A stretch of DNA of 64,000 nucleotides. Origin: Octopus vulgaris (Eukaryota). The position numbers and the translations under genes were made by a program. The notes under the pieces were generated by a model that had not been told where the DNA came from, ran no database searches, and saw only the letters and a list, made by a program, of their open reading frames with translations. The stretch spans positions 34,534,001-34,598,000 of the forward strand of contig OX597831.1 of NCBI GenBank assembly GCA_951406725.2, in the 5' to 3' direction. Shown here in pieces: positions 53,140-64,000 of this stretch. Positions within the stretch are counted from its first letter, which is position 1; every line of letters begins with the position of its first letter.

Positions 53140-53615
53140 TCAGGCTTTGTACCTATTTAGAAAATATTGTCATAAGGCGTGCGTCTCAAATACGAACAAT
53201 GACAACCAAGTTCAGCTCCTGGCCTGCTTGAAGGCTAGGTTCCTGGCGGAGCTGCTTCATATTGACAGGAGAAAGGGAAAGGGCGGGTTACTGGCGCCCA
53301 AAAACAGATGCTTGCAGGTAGTCGAGCTCGTTAACCTGGAAGGCAGTCCATCTCGGAGAAGGAAACTCCCATATAAAACCACCGCTGTCATGCAGGCTAG
53401 CGCGAAAAAGGCAGATTACGATTATATCTGAGACATCCGGCAACCCTCTGCAAACACCCTGACCAGATCCGACGTATCACCAGTCCCAGTGGCGCTGCTG
53501 GTGAAGGCGGGTGGCCAGGTGTCTGGGCCTTGTCTTCGCTCCTTATACTCATCAAGAGAAAGAAGCTCAATATCTACAGATCTACCACTCGGATACGAGT
53601 TAACGCCGATGACGA
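53140..53615 (+). mobile_element. Probable RTE-derived non-autonomous retroelement
   Basis: GC-rich island with ggcagtccatctcggagaaggaaactc..aaacc, resembling RTE 5' UTR motifs as I recall them, and a short (GAT/GAC) tail. Confidence 0.35.
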
Positions 53616-54118
53616 TATACATACATACACACATACATATTTTCTTCCATCTCGTTCTGGAGAAGCCGTCTTCACCAAATCACTATAAAATTTTACTATC
53701 CGTATCTTCCTGACTTCCAGATATATTTATATTATCTTGTTGTCATTTCGATGTGGTATATAAATATAATGAGTATGCAACTGTATGTTCATATTTTGTT
53801 CTCTTATATCTATATATATAAATGTGTGCGTGTCTGTGAGTGTGTGTTATAATTAAAGTTTAAATTTACATTTTAAATTTAAACTGCGTTTTAGTATGTT
53901 CCTAGATGTATGCCGGCAAAGCACGTTCACTGTTTATGGCTAGCTGGCGTCATCCACGGTAACTGCACAATCGCCGCTGGATCTACGTTAGGAATTCCAC
54001 AGTGCAGGTTGAGTATAGTAGAAACAATCAATGCGGACGAAAGTTGCGCAGGATGTCTCGAAACGACCGTTGTGATAAATAAGTTTCCAGTATATTCTAC
54101 ATTCTCTATCAATTATTT

Positions 54119-54583
<465 letters not shown>

Positions 54584-54585
54584 CC

Positions 54586-54637
<52 letters not shown>

Positions 54638-56032
54638 TATACATATATATACATATATATATATACATATATATACATATATATATGCATATTTACGTAT
54701 AATCTATATTTCTCTACCTATCTATCATCTTTCTTTCTTTGTATATGTGTGCATACACACACTCATACACGCACACATTTACAGATATATACCAAGCTGA
54801 CGCTTGACTCTATCGCTCTTCTGACAGTTCCATTGTATGCAATCGCGTTCCATACGTTCGCCATATATTATAATAATGAAATTATTATTAACTACGTCGA
54901 CCAGCAAAAGTATCGGGTGTAGTGAGTGTGTACAGGAACTATAATGGTTATCAATCTTCCTTGAAATATATTTCCTTACCTGTTGCATTTCACTATCTAA
55001 CGTCTAGAATTCTATTTTCGCTTCGTGTTATTTTTCAGCATTTTTTTTTTTTTTGCATACGACGAAAATACGGCAGTCCATTCTCCTGGTTGAAACTAGC
55101 TTCAATTTTAATATGGAAGTTTTTAAAAAATATCCGATTATAGACTTGTTGTTATGAATGCCAGTGATTTTATGTTTAAATCTTAGGTTTATTTATGTTT
55201 ATTTTGAAAATCATTTTTTGTGATCAAATATATTCTCTTTCTGCTAACGCGTCATGGGAAATATTAAGGTTTTTGCAGCATTCTGAGTCTGTTTTAAAGC
55301 AAAATGAAATTTTTAAAAATAAGTTGATATGCCGGTAAGAATTTAACTAAAGTGTTTTAAAATATTTTCTTCTATTCTCATCGGGTTTATATTTGTTTTG
55401 TCGTTTGTATAGAAAACTAATTCGTTTCTCTTATTTATTTATTTATTCTCGCCGTTTCTATCTTCGTGTTCCTACAAGTATCAATCATTATTACATAACT
55501 GTAAATCTTATCGCGTATATATTTTTCCATCACCTTTGCTTGAGCAGAGATGGCTGACTGGTGAAGTAGTTCACGTCGCAATCACAACCTGTGGCTTTGG
55601 GTCCAGTCATGGTACTTGGACATGGGTCTTCCAACCAACCAACGAACCGACCAAACCCTTGTGTCTACATTTACTAGTCGAAAAATGATGTGGAAGCCTG
55701 TGATGTATTTGTGTGTGGGTGTGTATATGAGCATGAGCGTGTGCTTGTATGTATATGAATATGTATGTGTGAAAGAATCTTTGTTTGCATCACACAGCTT
55801 CAAAACCAGTGTTGGTTTGATTAATTCCCTGTAACATAGCTTTTTGGCGAATAAGCGAATGATAAAAAAAAAAGTACCAGACATAACATTAGAACTGAGG
55901 TGGAATTATTCGAATAGACATCTCGAGGCGGTGTTGTCCCAGCATGACCGGACTTCATTGACTGAGGCGAGTAAAAGAATAAAGAATTAAAGAGTAGACA
56001 GTAAGTGCGAAACGGAAAACTAGATATATCAA

Positions 56033-56138
<106 letters not shown>

Positions 56139-56238
56139 CACCTATCTATCTATTATATACATGTATACATATATACATATGTATATGTGTGTGCGTGTGT
56201 GTGTGTACATATACATATATACATAAATATATGTTTAT

Positions 56239-56294
<56 letters not shown>

Positions 56295-56328
56295 ACATGC
56301 ACGCACACACATATATATAAGTATATGC

Positions 56329-56369
<41 letters not shown>

Positions 56370-56490
56370 AATGGTTCCAGGTTCACTTCCACTTCGTGGC
56401 ACATTGGGCAAGTGTCTTCTACTATAGCTTCGGGACGACCAAAACCCTGTGAGAGGATTTGGTAGGCGAAAACTGAAAGAAGCCCGTCGC

Positions 56491-57612
56491 TTGCTTTTTG
56501 CGGGAAGGAATGTTTCAACGAAGTCGTGTCTCGCCTTGACCTTCGAAACGCGGAGTAGATGAAACAGGGGCGACTGAAGAAGGGGAATTTTCTTTGCGTT
56601 GTATGCCCTGTACTTTATTTTTTTGTTGCTTAAGATAAATGTACATTTCCTTGGTTTTGTGTTTATTTTTTCGTATCTCATTGTGTTCGACGTTTTTTTG
56701 GTGTCCTGTACCCATATATGCATGTATATATACATGTAGATGTAGGTACGTACATATATGTATGTATATATGCATATGTTTTATTTATTAATTTGTTATT
56801 ATATGACGGAACGCACGCATCCATTTCTAAGTAAGTTTGTTCTTAATATTAATAATGATGCGCACTCTTAACCTTTCTGTCCCCCTCTCTTTCTCAGCCT
56901 TCATCCTTTCTGGTTTCCTTTTCTTCTACCTTACTGTCTCTCCCTCTCACTCTCTCTATCTCTCTCATTCTTCATTCTTTCTGGTTTTCTCTACAACCAT
57001 TCCCTTTTTTCTCCCTTTCTCTTGCACCTCCTTCTCCATCCCGTCGTTGACCTGTGACGAGAGCTCTGCTACTGTCTTTCTGACCTGGCTTCCTTCAAGT
57101 GTGGATGGCTTTCATTTCTCTCTCTTGCCGTCCTCAAAAGCATTCATAATATTTTTTCTTTCGTTCTGACTTAACAGCTCTCAATGTTTGTGTTACTGTT
57201 AATCTCCTTGTCCTGTCTTTTACTGTTTATATTTTGTACTGTCGTTACTGTCCTGTTTTTGTTACCATTTTTATCCCTCGGCAAAAAATCTCAAATTTTA
57301 TTTAATTTGCTTATTGCGGGAAGGAATGTTTCAACTAAGTCGTGTCTCGCCTTGACCTTCGAAACGCGGAGTAGATGAAACAGAGGCGGCTAAAGAAGGG
57401 AAATTTTCCTTGTCTTGTATGTCCTGTACTCTATTTTTTCGTTGTTTAAGAAAAATGTCCATTTCCTTGGTTTTGTGTTTATGTTTTCGTTTCTCATTGT
57501 GTTCGACGTTTTTTGGGTGTCCTGTACCCATACATGCATGTATATATACATGTAGATGTAGGTATGTACATATATGTATGTATATATGCATATGTTTTAT
57601 TTATTAATTTGT

Positions 57613-57620
<8 letters not shown>
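56491..57620 (+). mobile_element. 1.13-kb non-coding element with 314-bp terminal direct repeats, nested in a family C SINE
   Basis: Repeats at 56491-56804 and 57307-57620 flank a 502-bp pyrimidine-rich core. The host SINE halves lie at 56370-56490 and 57655-57875. Confidence 0.85.
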
Positions 57621-57662
<42 letters not shown>

Positions 57663-57943
57663 ATATCTATGTGTTGGTGTCTGTGTTCGTTCCACCACCA
57701 TCGCTTGATAGCCGATCTTGGTGTGTTTACGTAATCGTAACATAACGGTTCCGCAAAAGAGATCGATAGAATACGTACCAGGCTTACAAAGAATAAGCCC
57801 AGGGATCAATTTCTTCGACTAAAAGGCGGTGCCCCAACATGGCCACAGTCAAAATGACTGAAACAACTAAAAGAATAATATATATACATACATACATATA
57901 TATACATATATATATACATATATATATACATATATATATACAT

Positions 57944-58010
<67 letters not shown>

Positions 58011-58560
58011 TATATACATGCATATATATTTATATATATATTTATATATATACATACATATATATTTACATATATATATCTGTGTATGTATATCTGTATA
58101 TGTATATCTATATGCATGCATATATGGTTGTACGTAGGTATGTAGTAATGTATGTACGTATGCATATACATACGTATATACGTGTGTGTGTGTGTGTATG
58201 TATGTATTCAAACAAGCATTAGATTTATGCAAAACGTCTTAAACCTCTTTTGAGGTTGGAGATCAAAAAAAGGAATAAAAAGCAGCAATTCAGAACCAAC
58301 GTTTCATTGAAGAAGTTCCACACGCGTCGAAATTTAGTTAAAACATATTCGTCTTCCAGAAATTTTAGAAAATGATCAATAACTAAGACAATTTTAAGAA
58401 ATATATAAAATGGAAGGAAAACTCGATTCTAAATAGTTTTATTGGGACTCTTTTTCTTGGTTAAAAAAACTTTACAATAGTGATATTTTAATGACAAAGT
58501 TGACAAAAGAATATTGTATAACAAATAATGAATCACTGGCGGACATTTTCTTATGTAAGT

Positions 58561-59245
58561 TCATACATACATACATACATACATACATACATACATACAT
58601 ACATACATACATACATACATACATACATACATACATACATACATGCATACATACATATATAGATACATACATACATGCATACATACATACATACATACAT
58701 ACATACATAATTACATGCATACATACATATATAGATACATACATACATGCATACATACATACATACATACATACATACATGCATACATACATATATAGAT
58801 ACATACATACATGCATACATACATACATACATACATACATACATACATACATACATGCATACATACATATATAGATACATACATACATACATACATACAT
58901 ACATGCATACATACATATATAGATACATACATACATGCATACATACATACATACATGCATACATACATATATAGATACATACATACATGCATACATACAT
59001 ACATACATACATACATGCATACATACATACATATATAAATGCATACATACATACATATATGCATACATACATACATATATACATGCATACATACATATAT
59101 ACATGCATACATACATACATACATACATACATACATACATACATACATACATACATACATACATGCATACATACATATATACATGCATACATACATACAT
59201 ACATACATACATGCATACATACATATATACATGCATACATACATA
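58561..59245. repeat. (CATA)n satellite with recurring CATG/TATAGATA variants
   Basis: Directly visible. Confidence 0.95.
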
Positions 59246-59296
59246 CTGGCGGTGGCGGTAGTGGCGGCAGCAGAGGCGGTGGTGGCGGTGGTGCTG

Positions 59297-59416
<120 letters not shown>

Positions 59417-59599
59417 GCTGCTGCTGCTGTTCAGCTTTGACCTTCTAGTCTCGTAAATTTTCTTTTTTTTTTTGTGTGTTTTGTCCTTTTTTCCTTATAC
59501 GCTATCTGCCTTATAAAACGATATGGTATGATTCGGAAGAGAAGATTTGCCTATTATTTCTAGCAAGGCAAACGACCACAAAAAGACGTCTTCGTTAGC

Positions 59600-60593
59600 T
59601 TACTGCGACATTGGTTGTCGTGGTTGGCAGAATCGTTACAGCACAAGAACAATATGTTTTGCGATATATTTGGTCCACTTCCATACACTTTTAGTCCAAA
59701 TCCATCCGAGATTAACTCTACTTTTCATTTTCTTCATGCGTCGATAAAATAAAGAACCACTCAAATATCGGTTTCAAATTTTGGCACAAGTCCAGCAAAT
59801 TCTGGGAATGGGGTGAGTCGATTACACTGACCCCAGTGCTCAACTGGTACTTATTTTATCGAGCCCGAAATGCTGAAAGATTAAAGTCAACCTGGGCGGA
59901 ATTTGAATTCAAAACGTGCAGACAAATGAAATACCGCTAAGCCCTTCATCCGGCGTACTGACGATTCTACCAGCTCGCCGCCTTAAGAACCATTGAAATA
60001 TTGGGGCTGATTTAACACTTCTTTAATGGATTTACTAATCCCGGACCTGGCTGTGTGTTGTATTCTTGAGCAAGACACTCTATTTCACGTTGCTCCAGTT
60101 CACTCAGCTGTAGAAATGAGTTGCGACGTCACTGGTGCCAAGCTGTATCGGCTTTTGCCTTTCCCTTGGATAACACTGGTGGCGTGGAGAGAGGAGGCCA
60201 GTATGCATGGGCGACTGCTGGTTTTCTATAAACAACCTTGCCCAGACTTGTGCCTGGGAAACTTTCTGGTGCAATCCCATGCTCTGTGTCGTGACCGAAG
60301 GGGGTCTCAGAATGGATTTACTATTTCTACATTGCCAACCAAATGTACAAGGAATTATAATATATTTCTTTACTACCCACAAGGGGCTAAACACAGAGAG
60401 GACAAACAAGGACAGACAAACGGATTAAGTCGATTATATCGACCCCAGTGCGTAACTGGTACTTAATGTATCAATCCCGAAAGGATGAAAGGCAAAGTCG
60501 ACCTCGGCGGAATTTGAACTCAGAACGTAGCGGCAGACGAACTACTGCTACGCATTTCGCCCGGCGTGCTAACGATTCTGCCAGCTCGCCGCC
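59600..60593. mobile_element. SINE cluster: family B copies (59600-59985, 60362-60593) and a 5'-truncated CORE-type SINE (60039-60308)
   Basis: Consensus matches. Confidence 0.8.
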
Positions 60594-60896
60594 AAAGCAA
60601 CATAGTAGTGGGCCTTTTAAGAGAGGAGCATCGGCTGCTACTTCTAGCAGGTGGAGTGGCTGCGTTGAGGTTTCGTCGTTGGCTCAGAAGCAACAATGCA
60701 GTCCCACAGCCCGCTGCTACTGTTCAATTAATGTTGCACCACCATGCGTATCACGTTCTTTGGTAATTAAGACAGAATCAATTCGAATTCACGATTTCGA
60801 AAGGAATAATGAAGAGTAAAAGCTAACAATAATGGACCTACATATGTGTGAGTGTATATATATATTTGTGTGTGTGTGTTTGTATGCATGCATGTA

Positions 60897-60972
<76 letters not shown>

Positions 60973-61053
60973 CACACATATATATACATATATATACATA
61001 TATATATATAAACATATATATGTATGTATGTATATATGTATGTACGTATATAC

Positions 61054-61088
<35 letters not shown>

Positions 61089-61779
61089 AAGTGCTCACAC
61101 AGACGCACTCATAATGCATATATAAATATATATGCATGTAGTATATGCGTAGTGATATATGTATAATATATGTGTGTATGTGTGTGTGTGTGTGTGTGTG
61201 TGCGTGCGTGTGTGTGCGTCCGTGTGTGTGTGTGTGTGTGTGTGTGTGCGTACGTGCTTGTGTGTGTGTGTGAGTTTGTGTGTGTATGTGTGTGTACACA
61301 TATAAATGTAACTTAACCATATTTAAACATTAGCTAAAACGGATATCATCGTATTGTTTTTCTTTTTATTTAGCTTTGTTATTGTTTTTTTTTTTGTGCC
61401 AGATGAATGTTTTGCTCTTCTCCTCCTGTCCTCCTCTTTTCTTCCCCTCCTCTTCTCTTTCCTCCTCCTCCTCCTCCTCTCCTCTCCTCTCCTCTCTCTT
61501 TCCTTTCTTCCTTATTACTATCGCGAAATATGTACTTAGTACTTCCTGGTATCTTCGTTTTGCTCACTTGAGAACAAATAAAACACTTGACTGAAACGCC
61601 CAATCGTCAACAACAAAACCCTTTTATTGCTGTCTTCTAATGACAGATATTAAACAGATTCTAACTCTGTTTTCAAAGCTATTGTTTCAAGTAATTACAG
61701 TATAAAGTACCTCATAGGAATTGTAAAAATCTTTTAATTTGTGTGTGCATAAGTATATATATCTGTGTGTGTGTGTGTG

Positions 61780-61824
<45 letters not shown>

Positions 61825-61831
61825 ATGTTTG

Positions 61832-61899
<68 letters not shown>

Positions 61900-61904
61900 T
61901 ATAA

Positions 61905-61974
<70 letters not shown>

Positions 61975-62192
61975 GCATATAAATATATACATATATATAT
62001 AAAGTGTATAAATCTTTCAATTTATAAACGTGGTGGGGGGTATGTGCGTGTATACATAAGCGTTCAATAAATAACATTTATCCAAGTTCTAATAACCTTC
62101 TCTTGCACATACCCACACACATACACCCACGTATAAACACACATACACACACAAACACATATTGACACATATATATATATGTATATATGTAT

Positions 62193-62243
<51 letters not shown>

Positions 62244-62519
62244 TACATGCATTAATTGAATAAAGTTACAACATGGTCTGGTTTTCACGCTTTTTATTGT
62301 ATTCTTTTTTTTAATGTTTACAACGTTGAAGTGTGTTAAACATTAAAAAATATCTTATTGTGTTCATTAAGTTCAATTAGCGCTTTCATACGTTCGTAGT
62401 GATCATCAGATATCAAGATGTATTTAACTGACAGTTGAGTTCTTGAGTACTGTAGTAAACTGACAGAATTCTTTCTTTTTATACCTTTTAGAAGGGATCG
62501 ACAAGCTGAATTTTTCGAA

Positions 62520-62730
62520 TACGGTTTTCACCAATCAGCATGCATTTTAAACGTCACGGTTTGCCGGGTGCACCAATATTATTGGCGTTGATCCCGCCTT
62601 TATTTTAACCGATTAGCTGGCGGTTTGCATGTAATAGTTTTATGACAAGCACAAGAGAGGGCGAAATCACGTGATTTGGTGGTTCCAGCAACCGCAGCAG
62701 ACGGTTATCGCCCGTCGACGATATGAACAG
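62520..62730. promoter_or_regulatory. Candidate cis-regulatory island
   Basis: Non-repetitive, CpG-richer stretch with CCAAT at 62531 and 62573, ATTGG at 62581, TTTGCAT, TTTTATGAC and the palindrome AAATCACGTGATTT (62664-62677). Confidence 0.3.
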
Positions 62731-62905
62731 AAGTGCCTTTATGCACCACAAACTATATGAGATGGTCTCTTATAGTAAATAACGAAGTATTCAGTGCTCT
62801 AATACAACATCCACTTTGAGTGAGCGATAAATATTAGAGTTTTTGTTATTCATACAGCTTTTGTTACTATTAATTATTTGATGTGTGTGTGTTTGTCTGT
62901 CTGTC

Positions 62906-62937
<32 letters not shown>

Positions 62938-63904
62938 TGTATGTATGTATGTATGTATGTATGTATGAATGTATGAATGTATGAATTATGTGCATGGATG
63001 TATGTGTATGTATGTATATGTATGTATGTTTGAAAATATACGTGTGTATGCATGCATGTATGAATCTATGTATGTATGTATTAATGTATGTATGACTATT
63101 ATGCATATAGGTGTTTATGTATGAATGTGTCAATGTTTGAATGTATGTATGCATGAATGTATGAATGTTTGTATGTATGTATGTACGCATTTGTGTATGC
63201 ATGTATGTATGTATGAATGTTTGCATGTATGTATGCATCTATGTATGTATGTATGTATGTACGTACGTATGTATGTATGTTTGCATGTATGTATGTATGT
63301 ATGGATGGATGGATGGATGGATGGATGGATGGATGGATGTATGTATGTATGTATGTATGTATGTATGTATTATGTATGTATAAATATACGTGCGTACACA
63401 AAAGCATATCAAAGGAAACGACAACCTAGATCGGAAGAAAGAACACAGTACGAATGGAAATCAATCGTTAACTTAATACTTAAAGATTAGTGCAAAATAA
63501 AAACATCAACGGCCGAACTAATGAGAGAAATCTGGTAATGACCCACAAAGACTCTAGTTTCAAATCTAAACCCATAGACAGGTATAAATATATACCTATA
63601 AATAAGTATAATTATTACATACCTGTAATTACGTGTACGTATCCAACAACTTAAGCCCTGATGCTGTGAAGATGGGTTGCATAAAACCTGAAAGAATATG
63701 CTTACGTATTTAGAAAATTATTGCGATAGGACATTAAAGTCCCTGTGAAAATATATGAGACGTTACGAAAGGGATAAGTGCACAGGTAGAGGTGTTGACA
63801 AGGAAATGTATTCGCATGCGTATATGTACGTAACTTGAAACATTCGGATATACAGATGCAGTTGTATCGTCGGTTTCATGCTTGCATGTGTGTGTACTTA
63901 ATTA

Positions 63905-64000
63905 TGGCCCAGTGGTTAGGGCAGCGAACTCGCGGTCATAGGATCGCGGTTTCGATTCCCAGACCGGGCGTTCTGAGTGTTTATTGAGCGAAAACACCTA
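63905..64000 (+). mobile_element. tRNA-derived SINE head, truncated by the window end
   Basis: A box tggcccagtggttagggc, B box ggtttcgattccc, then a CORE-like start. Confidence 0.65.

Noticed and set aside
53880-54080. Hammerhead (GAAAC-GACC-GTT)
   Set aside because: No identifiable CUGANGA core or stem I.
63655-63705. Hammerhead-like GTGAAGA-gggtt/aacct-GAAA
   Set aside because: The core is altered and there is no convincing stem III or stem I; could be chance.

Overview
Eukaryotic, very AT-rich, repeat-saturated non-coding DNA. The SINE families and extreme microsatellite load suggest an Octopus/coleoid cephalopod intergenic or intronic region (inference from recalled repeat consensus, not a search). 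I find no intact host protein-coding gene; nearly all ORF-track entries are microsatellite or SINE read-throughs. Supported content: a decayed piggyBac, a full-length frameshifted DD34D mariner (43679-44969), two other mariner remnants, a DD37D (maT-like) remnant, an RTE LINE 3' fragment, two Penelope-like ORF fragments, a non-autonomous Helitron, MITEs, dozens of copies of three tRNA-derived SINE families, and a decayed initiator tRNA-Met copy. The most interesting signal is a dense set of type I hammerhead ribozyme motifs. Three look canonical (10390-10482 +, 10150-10243 -, 46023-46110 +) and about eight are variant or decayed. They sit in short non-coding elements that are often inserted in (TA)n arrays and arranged as long fold-back palindromes, direct repeats or ~145-bp tandem units, i.e. 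a Penelope pLTR/retrozyme-like system. All alignments and folds were done by eye, so boundaries are approximate.
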